Of a stretch of 64,000 nt of DNA, positions 1 through 12,389 are shown piece after piece. A model generated the notes under the pieces. The model was not told where the DNA came from and did not search any database. It saw nothing but the letters and a program-made list of their open reading frames with translations. A program made the translations under genes and the position numbers. Origin of the DNA: Eledone cirrhosa (Eukaryota); assembly GCA_964016885.1 (NCBI GenBank), contig OZ024743.1, forward strand, positions 318,680,001 to 318,744,000. Reading direction: 5' to 3'. Positions within the stretch are counted from its first letter, which is position 1; every line of letters begins with the position of its first letter.

Positions 1-112
1 TGTAACCTGTAAACCTATAAAAAACATACCAGTATGTTTTACAACCACCACATTATGACACACACACGTATACATACATACATACATACATACATACATA
101 CATACATACATA

Positions 113-281
113 CCGTATTTCCCGGCGTTGAAGACGCTACTTTTTTCCTAAAAATAAGTCTCAAAAATCTACCCTCCGTCCTGGAGGCCGAGGGTTGTTT
201 ATTATTTTTTTTCCAGATTTTTGGTTGTCAAAATTAGGTGTGTTCTTGAGGATGAAGTGTCTTCGGTGCCGGGAAATATGG
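113..281. mobile_element. Tc2/pogo-like MITE
   Basis: TIRs CCGTATTTCCCGGC ... GCCGGGAAATATGG flanked by TA; a second, reversed copy lies at 53962-54137. Confidence 0.8.
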
Positions 282-340
<59 letters not shown>

Positions 341-361
341 ATATATATATATGCATATATG

Positions 362-452
<91 letters not shown>

Positions 453-945
453 TATGTGATTCAGTGAATTACTGGTGGTGGTACCAATATGAGCACTCAA
501 TGCAAAGACAGAGTGTATATAATAGGAACATTTTTTTCTTATATATACAAATATATATATATATATATATATGTATATATGATACACATGATATATATAT
601 ATATATGATATACTTGATATATATATATAAATGTAGATATATGATATACATGATATATATGTATATATATATAATATACATGATATAGATATAGATATAT
701 ATGATATACATATATATATGATATATATGATATACATATATATATATATGATATACATGATATACATATATATATATATATGATATACATGATATACATG
801 ATATACATGATATACATATATATATATACATGATATACATATATATATATACATGATATACATATATATATATATATACCTGATATACATATATATATAT
901 ATATGATATACATATATTTATATACATGATATATATGATATATAT
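282..945. repeat. (TA)n / (TACATGATA)-type compound microsatellite
   Basis: Direct inspection; interrupted by a short unique stretch at about 450-540. Confidence 0.9.
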
Positions 946-1290
946 GGAGGCACATGGCTTAGTGCTTAGAGCATTAGCCTTGCAATCAAAAGGTTGTGAG
1001 TTCAATTCTCAGACCGGGTGATGTGTTGTTTCCTTGAGCAAGACACTTTATTTCACATTGCTCCAGTTTACTCAGCTGTAGAAATGAGATGATAGGGACT
1101 GGGGTCCCTATCATTCCACTGCAAAGTGGTCGTGGAGGTGCCACGGCAAAAAAGCACCCAGCACTCACTGTAAATGAGGTTGGTGTTAGGAAGGGCATCC
1201 AGCTGTAGAAATCAAGCCAGAATCAGTTCCCGTCCCACCCTTGCAAGCAGGGAAAAGTGGACATAAAATGAAATGATGAAATGATGATGA
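946..1290 (+). mobile_element. tRNA-derived SINE family A (CORE-like centre, RTE-type tail)
   Basis: A box TGGCTTAGTG, B box GAGTTCAATTC, CCTTGAGCAAGACACTT segment, (ATG)n tail; near-identical copies elsewhere in the window. Confidence 0.85.
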
Positions 1291-1416
1291 TATATATATA
1301 TATACATGATATACATATATATATATATATATTTATATATATGATATACATGATATACATTTTATATATATATATATAATATATATATATACATGACATA
1401 TATATACATGATATAT

Positions 1417-1418
<2 letters not shown>

Positions 1419-1453
<35 letters not shown>

Positions 1454-1900
1454 CCGTTTTACGTCCGTTCTTCCATGCTAGCATGGGTTAGACGGGTTGT
1501 ACTGTTGTGGGCAGTGTCTGGTCGGCTGACCATGCCTTGCTCATACAGGACTGATTTTGGCTTGATTTCTACAGCTGGATGCCCTTCCTAACACCAACCT
1601 CATTTACAGTGAGTGCTGGGTGCTTTTTTCCGTGGCGCCTACACGTCCACTTTACAGTGTGGGCTAGGTGCTTTTTTGCCGTGGCACCTCCACGACCACT
1701 TTGCAGTGGGAAGGTGTGGGGGGCATATTGTCTATATGCTTCAGCTTGTACCCTTGGGAGGTCGGGTACTCTGTATTACTGCGGAACGCCAGAGGTCACG
1801 GTCGTGTGTCATCGCCTTTGAGAGGTGTAATTGGGTAAGGGCGGCTTTTATCACCTCATCCCAGGTCTTCTTGGGTCTCCCCACTCCGCAGTTTCCATTG
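1419..1900 (-). mobile_element. RTE LINE 3' end (subfamily A), 5'-truncated
   Basis: Minus strand encodes GRPKKTWDEVIKA, then a 3'UTR and (ATG)n tail. Confidence 0.85.
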
Positions 1901-2399
1901 TATATATATATATATATATATACATGATATATATATTATATATATATATTATTGATATATATTATTGATATACGATATATGATATATATATGATAGATAT
2001 ATGATATATATATATATGTGTGTGTGTAGAATGTTAATTAAAAGATTAAATTGAAAACCATCAACAAGATATTAATATGTTAACTAATGTAAATTTAGTA
2101 AAGATATGAAAAAATCATGAATTGTTCCCAAAGAAATGAAGCCAAATTTTCAAAGGTAACATTAGTTTTAAATTTTCTGAATTAATGATAGTTTATTCTT
2201 TCCCAGAAAGAATGATCAATATTGGATTAAATCAACTTGATAACGATATATTAAAATGAAATTATATATATCTTGTAAATTTGAATTCTACTCCCTTGAT
2301 TGCACATACAGATGAAAAACATCCACACAAGTGCTTCTTCTATTAAAAAATTACCAACAAACATGTCGCACAGAAGATATCAAATTTAGCATAGAGTTT

Positions 2400-2640
2400 A
2401 CTGATTGAAACATCAGAAACCTATACACTAAAGAGGCACTTGACATTAATAGATTAAGACCTCCATTAACAGCAAACATAAATTATATAAATCTGATTAG
2501 CTATTACAACTACACCAGTCTGTGCATGTCACTACCCTTCTGACCCAATATTTACACAGGACAGTTTAGCTCATCACTGCCGTCCCAGTTTATTTCCTTT
2601 CCTTTGAAAATAGTCCTTGTCCCGAAATATGAAATATGAG
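2400..2640 (+). mobile_element. Decayed Penelope-like element 3' end
   Basis: TKEALDINRLRPPL resembles the C-terminus of PLE GIY-YIG endonucleases; decayed hammerhead-like CCCGAAAT follows at about 2620. Confidence 0.45.
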
Positions 2641-3394
2641 GTAAAAATGTAAAATGTAAAATGTTTTCTTTTATCTTATTTTACTCTCGTTTTCACTTCA
2701 TTATTTCTAACTTACATTATACCGTCTTTTCCCAAAAGATCATGTGATTGTGTAGCTGCTGCATTTTATATTGGTGGTGCTAATTGAAGTTAGTTTTCAG
2801 TAAAGCAGTCAATTGTTTAATTTAAGTAATAAATACATAACTGTACCATAGACAAGGGTAAGCATTCACTACACCATCTGAGAGAGTCTTTAACTAGAGT
2901 ACCGTGGACAGAGGAAGAGATACACCATCTCTCTGAAGGAGATCCAATTAGAGTACCATAGAAAAAAGTAGATGTATACTATCCAATCTTTGGGGGAAAA
3001 TCCAGTTACATTTGAATCATCATCATTTAATGCCCATTTGTCTACGCTAGCATGGGTTAGATGAGTTGTCCCATTCTGAGACAAGTCAGATTAGGTGACT
3101 ATTCCTTGCCAATACAGAACTGTTTCTGGCTTGGTTTCTACGGTTGGATGACATTCGTAATGCCAACCACATTTACAGCATGGACTGGGTGTTTTTTATC
3201 GTGACACCAAAACAACCAAACAGTGTGGACCATGTGCTTTTTATCGTGTCACCAAAAAGATAGATTCGGCTGGGTACTTTTTCACTCCAGGAAGAATTAC
3301 AAAAAAAAAAAAAAAAGACATGTAAAAAATTTCCAGTATATCTTTTTACACATATATATATAGCTTTTATGAAATCTTGTACGATTTCAGAAGA

Positions 3395-3595
3395 GATGTG
3401 TATTTACAGTACACATGTGTATTTACGGTACATATGTATAGTTATTGTACGGATGTGTATTTATTTACATATATCATACAGATGTGTATTTATCCCACAG
3501 ATGTGTATTTATCAAACAGATGTGTATTTATCATACAGATATGTATTTACACATATCCTACAGATGTGTATTTATTAAACAGATGTGTATTTACC
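3395..3595. repeat. Minisatellite, CAGATGTGTATTTA core
   Basis: About 9 imperfect units of roughly 19-28 bp. Confidence 0.8.
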
Positions 3596-4273
3596 ACATA
3601 CCTCAGCTACATAAGCGCACAGTTTAGTTTATCTAATTTAAAGAAATCTGAAAAAATGGCTTTTATAGAGATACTATCACAGAACTTTACCTTTTTTAGA
3701 ATAATCAATTCTGTGATGATTTTATAGTAAAACCACACTCAAAAGAACAAAAAACAAGAGCAAAAATTAATAAAAAAAACACACACACAGACTGATAGCA
3801 GCTGTTCTCAGTCATTGGTTATTAATAACAATAAATAATGAATTATTATTGATTATCTTCAAATCTGCATATCTTATAAGTAACAGCTCCACAGACTAAG
3901 ATAGGCTGGACAAAAACCATGTAATCATTGTCATGTTTCAATTTGTCCCATGCAAATAGGAACAATATTATTAATTTATATAATTATATATAATTAGATA
4001 AATCTCTGCAATGGGATTAATGTATTATTTTCAGTATTATAGAAAGCATACTATTGTTTTTCTTTCTTAAACAGAACCGCATGCAAACTTGTTATGACAA
4101 TCCTTTCATATTTAAATATTTAAAAAAATATTTAAAAATATATTTTAGCTTTAATACATGCAATGAAAATTATATTTTATTTATATCGGAAATGATTGTC
4201 TATGGTAAGGCATGCCATGCTTAAATCTCAATACAGAAGTCAGAATGCAAAACTAAAGATGTATAAGTAGTAC

Positions 4274-4335
4274 CATTGGGAAACTGTTCCATGTAAGCAC
4301 AACGAGATACATCATCCACTGGTTGATAGGGACAT
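4274..4335 (-). CDS. Exon: C-terminal half of EGF-like motif (K)CPYQPVDDVSRCAYMEQFPN
   Basis: Acceptor ttgcag, phase 2 start matching the upstream exon, supplies Cys5 and Arg-Cys6; donor G|gtacta, or read-through to TAA at 4221. Confidence 0.6.
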
Positions 4336-5729
4336 CTGCAATATTGGGTGAAGTACCAAATCATAAGTATCCTATTTCTTAGCACTGTAACCATTTACAG
4401 AACAACAGTTCTTTCATTCCATTTCTATTCAAACCTATAGTTTCTTTGATATTTAACTACATTTATACAGTGATTGGCTATTATAGCAGCATATCACAAA
4501 CAAGGAATTTTTTATTTTATATGATGAATGCAGACAATTTTTAATGTATAACATAGATATGCTTAGACGTACTAATAATTAGAATTTATTTATTTTGTAG
4601 GTGGTAACAAGCTAACATTTTCATGACCTTAATTTCATCGCAATCACACATCATTTACTTTTTTTTTTAAAAGGTGTCCTAAATCTGAAATATCTTGAAA
4701 TATAAGGTAGAGATTTAAACTTTTGTTTTGTTTTGTTTGTCTTAATTTATACTCGTTTTCACTTCTTTATTTCTCATTTGCATTGTATCGACTTTCCCAA
4801 AACAATCATAACCACATATTTCACAATGCTTCATATAAACTATACTACTTTTTTTTGTGGCTATGTCTGCCCAATAGCAAAGCTAGGAATTATCTTAAAT
4901 TTCCCTGCAACATTAACCTCTTTGTTTGCATATTCTTAATGAAATACACTGCTCCTAATTTTCAAATCATTTTGAAAATAATTTGGAGAGAATTAGAAAT
5001 ATAATTAATTTACTTATTATTTATCTAGTGTTTGAATATAACAAAGTCTTACATAAAATTATTGTGGGAAGTTTTTAGATGAATATAAGCACATTGAAAT
5101 AAATAGTTTTGTATCTTGGATCTAGGATCAGTTTCAGGCAAGTTGGTATCCAAAGGACTAATGCTATCATATATCAGTTGATAAATCAAACTGCCTAAAA
5201 CTGCTTCTTATTCTATGATACAAAGTTGTTTATTTTAAAGAATTTATATTTATCTAAAACAACTTTGTATCATAATTTTATGTTAGTACCTTTTTTAAGT
5301 GACATTCCAAACAACAACTCAATAATGAGAATGTTATTTACATTACTAAATGTCTCCAAATTCTGGATTATTTTGAAAATGATTTGAAAATTATTTGCGG
5401 TGACTATCAATGCAATTATGGTAACAAATGGGTTAAACACGTTTGAAAACCACAAGCAGTGTTTCTCATTAGAAATATGGTATCAAAATTGGTAAATCAG
5501 GTAACAGATCACACCTATCATCCAAAGTATCTAAGTATTAATTTGTGGGACAAACTATTCCTGTATTGTTCAGAAAACATTACAAGCTGATTAAAGTAAC
5601 TTTTTGAGTATTAGTCTAAAATGGAAAGAGAAAGAACAAGAAAAAAAAAAAAGAGAATTACGCAATGAAAGAAAGTGAGAGAGGGAGGGAGAGATTCTAA
5701 ACCCCAGTCTGAGTGGTGATTCGGCTGTG

Positions 5730-5905
5730 CCCTTCAGACAGAATGATGAAGGCATTGCCACAGAGAATGATCAGCAATACCCGCTGCAACAGCCACCCCA
5801 CCTCACAGAGCTTCTTCCTCAGGCAGGATGCTGTTTTCCAATTTTGTGGAGGAATTCGGCAGTGCAGGGATCAAGGACACCAGAGGGTTTGATGGCAACT
5901 AGTAC
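5730..5905 (-). mobile_element. CRE-like non-LTR retrotransposon fragment (restriction-like endonuclease C-terminus)
   Basis: VAIKPSGVLDPCTAEFLHKIGK, frameshift, EVGWLLQRVLLIILCGNAFIIL. Confidence 0.65.
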
Positions 5906-7359
5906 AAATATAGAAATATAATATCTTTCAATTTTAAATTCTGATTGTATTTTAAAATTAAGTGTTGGGGTTAATGTGTTGACCCTCTGTTAGCTCCGAT
6001 AATAAATGTTCCAGTTGTTTTAACAATGGAACAACTGGCTCATGAAATTATTGCGCATGTGGTTGAGTATTCCACAGACACATGTGCTGTTAGTGCACTT
6101 GGAGTATTCAGCATGGCACAGTACAGCTCATTTTTTTACAAGTACAACTCATTTTTTTCAGCTGATTATACTAGAGCAACATGAAATAAAGTGTCTTGTT
6201 GAAGGACACAATGCCCAATCAAGAAGCAAACTCACAACCAAGAGATCATGAGACAAATACCTTAACCACTAAGCCTCATACCTTCATGAAATCAAGTGTA
6301 AATACAAAGTCAGATGATCCATATGATATATATAGCCAATCCTTTGTTTTGAGCCCTCGTTTAGTGCCATATGCAGACCCAACCAGACGAGTGGTGGTGG
6401 TGGGGGATAGGGGGTCATTTGGCATCATTTTAAGGGTGGTTTACTCATTCGAGGTTCTGATACTTAACAATATATGAAGGATCCTTCGTTCTAAGATTTC
6501 TTTATAAGACATCTCCCAAAATAACAGAGATAGGAATGTCTAACAGGTTTTAGTTCTATCAGTCAGCAAGTTTACCTAATAAACTAGTGGGTTTGTTTCA
6601 TCAATTAATTAACTGAGGATTTTATTAAAATTAGTTGAAATTTGAGAGCTAGTGTGAACGGATGTTCTCAAAGTGTAGTTTGTGACTGGAAAACCCTCTG
6701 CTGATTCTGTCTCTAAGATAACACAATTAATTTGTTTCTTTTAATGATCCAATCTTGCTATTCAAATTCTTTGTGGGATAGAATTTATTTATATTTTATG
6801 GCTTAGTAATTAGGGAATTGAATTCACAATCATGAGGTTGTGTTATGTCCTTGAGCAAGACACTTTATTTCATATTGCTCCAGTTCATTCAGCTGGCAAA
6901 AATGAGATGTACTACTTCTACTTCAAAGGTGCATGGCTCAGTAGTTAGGGAATTGGATTTGCAATCATGTGGTTGTGAATTCGATTCCTGGGCTGGGTGA
7001 TGCATTATGTCCTTGAGTAAGACAGTTTATTTTCTATTGCTCTTTCTGCTAGGAGTTGCAACAGATAGATAGTATCAGCAATTGGAAAGACTAATGGAAA
7101 CATTGTTTCCTCAGTTCAACCTGTTAACTCGGTAAGTGAATGAAGTCTGGGGTCTTGTCTGGAGATTTTATCTTATCAACTTTAGCAGTACATTGGTTGT
7201 ACTTGAAGTTTCAGTTGAGTTATCTGTTTGTTAATCTTCCAGATACACAAACTATTCTATTCCTGCAATCTTTAATGGTTACTGACTACAGAATTTTCCC
7301 CTAATTTATAGATTAAGCAATTACTGCCTCTCCTCACCTTGCTGAGGACATAACAACCT

Positions 7360-7790
7360 TTCTAGTGCTGGTAACACGATAGTATCCACCCAGTACACTC
7401 AATTAAGTGATAGTGCTAGTACCAGTGTAAAATGCTCCTAATATACCCTGTAAAGTGGTAGTGCAGGAGCTATGATAAAGTGTATCCAGTACACTCTGTA
7501 AAGTGACAGTGTTGGTGCCATGATAAAATGTACTCAGTACACTATGTAAAGTGGTCGTGCAGGTGCCACAATAAAATGCATCCAGTACACTCTGTAAATT
7601 GGTAGTGTTGGTGCCATGATAAAATGCACCCAATACACTTTGTAAAGTGGTTGGTGTTGGGAAGGTAGTCCAGCTGTAGAAACCATGCCAAAGTATGAAG
7701 AAGATTTGTTTTATTAACCCAACTAATCTCAAAGTGCAACAACCTGTCCAACCCCTGCCCAGGAAATGGATGATTAACCGATGATGAATA
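7360..7790 (+). repeat. About 42-bp tandem array derived from a SINE/RTE 3' unit, ending in an RTE-type tail
   Basis: About 7 copies of GTGCTGGTGCCATGATAAAATGCACCCAGTACACTCTGTAAAGTGG-like unit. Confidence 0.75.
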
Positions 7791-9190
7791 CCATCTCATT
7801 TCATGTTAGCAGTTTTATTTGTGAGACAGTTCATTATAGTTGGCTGTACCCCATTATGCATATATACAATTATAAAAATACGTAACTATAAAATGTACTC
7901 AGTACCCTCTGTAAAGTGGTTGGGGCTAGGAAGAGCATCTAGCTATAGAAACTGTGCCAAAAAAGGGTTGAGAGGACTCTTCAGTTGTCAAGGACATAGC
8001 AATCTTCTTAGTACTGGTACCACCATAAATTGCATCCCGTACATTTCTCTAAAGTGGTTGGTGTTATGAAGGGTGTCTAGCCATACAACTTATGCCAAAC
8101 AAAGGATTGAAAGAACCTTTTAGTTGTGTTAAGGACATGGCAATATTTCTTGTGCTAGTACCATGATTAGGTGAACTCAGTATATTCTGTAAAGTGGTTG
8201 GCATCAAGTTTTAGAAATCATACTAAAATTGGAATGTATGTAAACAAAAGGTATCCTTCATCCCAGCTGATCTAATTATTGATTATTTCATTATTAAGGT
8301 ACGTTAACAAAAGATTCTTATCTCAAATTATATTGGAAAATCTTAATTTAAATAAGGAGGCTTTAAAACAGATGGTTTCATTTCATAGAGCTAGAGGTAT
8401 TTTTGAGCAGGTTGATAGCAAAAGGGTTATTGAAATATTACTTTTTCATTAACCTTTTTGACACTAAACTGCCTGAAACTATCCATGGTTCTATGATACA
8501 AAACTGTTTATTTTTAAGTGTTTATATTTATCTAAACAACAGCCACCATAATTTTATGTAAGAACTTTTAAGTTATGTTCTAAATACCAGCTTAATATTG
8601 AGAAGGTTACTTATATTATTAAATCCCTCCAATTTATTGATTATATTATTAAATACCTCTAAGTTCAAGATTACTTGAAAATCATAGACATCTTAGAAAT
8701 ATATTAATGAAAGGGTTATAACTGTGTCGAAAATTTTAAATTTAAATAGCTCTTGAAAATGGCTGGTTTTATTCCATAGAACCAGATGTAGTTTTGGTTG
8801 GGTTTGTAATGAAAATTGTTATAAAAATATTACTTTTTCATTAAACTTTCATTGCTTCTATATACACAATATAATGATTAAAGCTGAAGTTACATGGCCA
8901 CCAAATCTACTATAAATGTCTCCTGTCTATATTTCTGGTTTTATCAGAATTATGGACACCAATATTGTTAAAAATTACTAAATTTTATATATACTAAAAT
9001 TACTATAATTATGAATACACTAAAAAGTTACTATAATCATATATACTATAGTCATATATAAAAACAATATTTTTTCTGTGAAGAACTTGATATATATAAT
9101 CCACATCATCATCATGTCATATTTGTATAAAAACAATGTTTATTTTTTTACTTTTAAGACTTTTCAGGATCTATATTGTTATGAATAAGT

Positions 9191-9379
9191 TCCGCTGCTG
9201 AACTGAATAAAATTCGGAAATACCAGGACTTATCAAACAATTATTTTTTCCAGCCTGTGGCGTGCGAGATGTTCGGTGGAGTTGGGCCACTGACAGCAAA
9301 GTTCTTGTTTCACTGGCGATTCACCTTACTGAGGTGTCAGGTGATGCCTGTGAGGGTGCCTAGTTATTTCACCGCCTTC
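9191..9379 (+). mobile_element. CRE-like non-LTR retrotransposon fragment
   Basis: SAAELNKIRKYQDLSNNYFFQPVACEMFGGVGPLTAKFL, frameshift, EVSGDACEGA*LFHRL. Confidence 0.65.
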
Positions 9380-9930
9380 AAATCATCATCATCATCAAAT
9401 AACCTCTATTTTTATATGCTTGCATGTGTTAGACAGTTGTCATGTTATGTGACAAGTCAGGTCTGTAGACCCTGTCATGCTCATATGGATCTGTATTTTG
9501 GCCTAGTGTCTATGGCTGCATGCCCTTCCTAATATCAACAATGCTAAGAAAAAAATTATAAAAGTACTAAGGAGAAAGCTATTTAGAAATAATACTTCTA
9601 CTCTGTCTGTAAAACCTTAATGTTTGAAGATAATAGCAACTAATATAATAGAATAAGTAAAATATCAGTTGTGACATCACTGGTGCCAAACTGTATCAGC
9701 CTTGGATGACATCGATTAGCATGGAGTGGGGAGACCGGTATGCATGGGTAACTCCTGGTCTTCCACAAACAAATAGCCCTATCTAGATCGCTTTATTTAG
9801 ATATATGAGAATAGAGATAATGTCAATGGTGCAAGCAATAACATCTCTGCATTATTATTAAGTTTTTCATTAGTTTGTAGTCGATACACAATAAATATCT
9901 TTTAGGTGTAAATGAAACTTCATTTTTTTC

Positions 9931-9968
<38 letters not shown>

Positions 9969-10647
9969 GTATATGATTGATGATTGAGAAAAAAGAGATG
10001 ACCCTGTGACAAACAGGCAAACCTCTAGAGTAACAACATGCACTAATTAGCCTTAATAAAATGAATATGTATGTATATACGTGTATGTGTGCGAGTGTAT
10101 ATAATTTCTGAATATATTTATGAAATATTCCTCTATAGAGGAGGATTACACAAGAATTTAAGCAGGCATACTGCTGTAGAAATAAATAATGATGATATTG
10201 ATGATGATGATGGTAATGATAGCTATATGCAACTATTAAAATTGTAAATACAAAAAGTGAATTTCTATTTTAGTTCAGAATAAAATGAAACAGGTATTTC
10301 TTGGTTAACAAGATATACCTGTTAGCAATGAACTTATTCATTGCTATAGCCTCATGAATTTCCTTTGATCATAAACATACATTTTCATAATACATACACA
10401 TGCACATACACACATGTATGTATGTATGTATGTATGTATGTATGTATGTATGTATGTATGTATGTATGTATGTACACACATACATAAATAATACTTGCAA
10501 TATTTATTACAAGATTTAAAAATAACTTCTAATGTTTTAAAGAATAATTGTAAGAACTATTATATATATATATATATATATATATTGATAAGAATTATAA
10601 TATACACTTTATATTGATTTTAGAGGGGAAATACTTTTCATACTTAC

Positions 10648-10741
10648 TTGCAATATTTCTCATCTAAGGGAGGTAACCGGTACCAGCATTCACCTTGGTT
10701 TAGGCAATAATGTTGGTCGTCACACTGTTTTTCTGAAGGAG
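10648..10741 (-). CDS. Exon: N-terminal part of EGF-like motif PSEKQCDDQHYCLNQGECWYRLPPLDEKYC(K)
   Basis: Acceptor ttttattttcttcag, donor gtaagta, 94 nt, phase 1 to phase 2, YCLNxGxC signature with four Cys. Confidence 0.85.
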
Positions 10742-11014
10742 CTGAAGAAAATAAAAACATACAATATAGCTTTCTATAAATGAATTGCAAATAAAAAGTC
10801 TAACTATCGGTTGCTTTCTGATAGGTTTGTGTTTGAACCTGTAGCAGTGGAGACTTCCATTGTTCTTGGACCCCAGACCAAATCCCTACTCACTACTACT
10901 GGAAATATTAATACACTCATCATCACCATCTCAATGAAGAGGACATTGAGAAATAATACATCAAAGAGATAAAGACTATCTATGATGATTGTCTATTATA
11001 CAATTCAGTTATAT

Positions 11015-11130
11015 AACAGTTCTTATAGTTCTGAGAAATAACAGTTCTTATAGTTCTGAGAAATAACAGTTATTATAGTTCTGAGAAATAACAGTTATTC
11101 TGAGAAATAACAGTTATAGTTCTGAGAAAA
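11015..11130. repeat. 24-bp tandem repeat AACAGTTCTTATAGTTCTGAGAAAT-like
   Basis: About 5 units, the last two shortened. Confidence 0.85.
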
Positions 11131-11171
11131 AGACATTAAAAAACAAACAAACCCCATTTGATCCTCTAGAT

Positions 11172-11497
11172 CAGGGTTTCCCGGTCCGGGTGTCATCACC
11201 CACCTGTGGCAATTTCAACTGCTAGGTGGGTGATTAATTGGTGGATGATATAGGATTTTGAGTATTAAGAAAGTATTTCAACATATGCTACCTGAAAACA
11301 AATATTCAAAGGAGATATGCAAAGAACCTGTAGAAAAAAACAACAAAAACACAGGAGGGTAAATGGAATAACGATTCAGTAAGAAACTTTTACCAAACAT
11401 TTTTGGTATACTTGTGAATATTTACTATGCAGGTGGGTGGTGGAAAATGTTTTCATATGAAAGTGAGCAATGACACAAAAATGGTTGGGAACCCCTG
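11172..11497. mobile_element. hAT (Charlie/Buster-like) MITE
   Basis: Ends CAGGGTTTCCC / GGGAACCCCTG; perfect 8-bp TSD CTCTAGAT at 11164-11171 and 11498-11505. Confidence 0.9.
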
Positions 11498-12189
11498 CTC
11501 TAGATGAATCCTTTTTATATCAAACTACCTGAAACTGCCCTTGTTTCTACAATACAAAATTGTTTGTTTTAAAGTGTTTATATTTTTCAAAAGCCCTTCT
11601 ATCATAATTTTATTGAAGAACCATATTCTAAGCAATAAAATAATTAATAATTTTAGTAAATTCCTCAGAATTCTTCATTAATTAACTGAAGCAGAGTGTG
11701 TCATTAGAAATATGGTCACAAAGGAGTTTTAACACAGTTATCTTCATAGAAATAACATAAGATCTATTATCATCAGACCTATTACTACTAATTCTTTTGA
11801 TATCAAACTACCTCAAATCACCCCTGGTTCTACAATACAATGCTGTTTGTTTGAAAGTGTTTATCATCATCATCATCATCATTTTACATTTGTTGTTCCA
11901 TGAGTGCATGGGTTTGACGGGTCCTTCTCAGTATCCCATCTTTTCACTTGTCACGTTCCTTTGTCATCCCCTCCGTAAGCTTTAGTGATATGAGATCAGC
12001 TCTCACCACTTCTAACCAGGTCTTTTATATTTATCTAAAAACCTTCCATCATAATTTTATGTAAGAAGCTTTGTTTAGTTATATTCCAAACACTGGCTTA
12101 ATATTGTGAAAGTTAGTTATATTACTACATCCCTCCACATTCTTCATTATTAAAACAAAACAAAACAAAAAGAAAAACACACATAATAA

Positions 12190-12372
12190 CTGTTTCTACT
12201 TTAGGCACAAGGCCAGCAATTACTACAGAGCATTACTGCTGCTTTTATGTTATCGACCCCGTGAGGATGAAAGGCAAAGCTAACCTCAGCAGGATTTGAT
12301 CTCAGAATGTAAAGAGCTATAACTCTATGCTACAAAGCATGGCACCTGACGCTCTACCGATACTGCCAATCC
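12190..12372 (-). mobile_element. tRNA-derived SINE family B
   Basis: Reverse copy of the element at 34881-35068; further copies at about 13635, 13776, 15668, 23450 and 25710. Confidence 0.75.
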
Positions 12373-12389
12373 ATTACCCTTTTTTAAAA

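Noticed and set aside
195-1005. Long YI-rich ORFs (also 36762-37761, 38788-41611, 57710-58980)
   Set aside because: Translations of (TA)n/(TACA)n microsatellites that lack stop codons
946-1020. tRNA gene
   Set aside because: A and B boxes present but it is a SINE head continuing into repeat body
986-1198. Recurrent [20 protein letters not shown] family
   Set aside because: Antisense reading of the SINE/RTE 3' block
7360-7660. CRISPR-like periodicity (also 32295, 51830)
   Set aside because: Whole unit is repeated with no unique spacers, no cas genes, eukaryotic context
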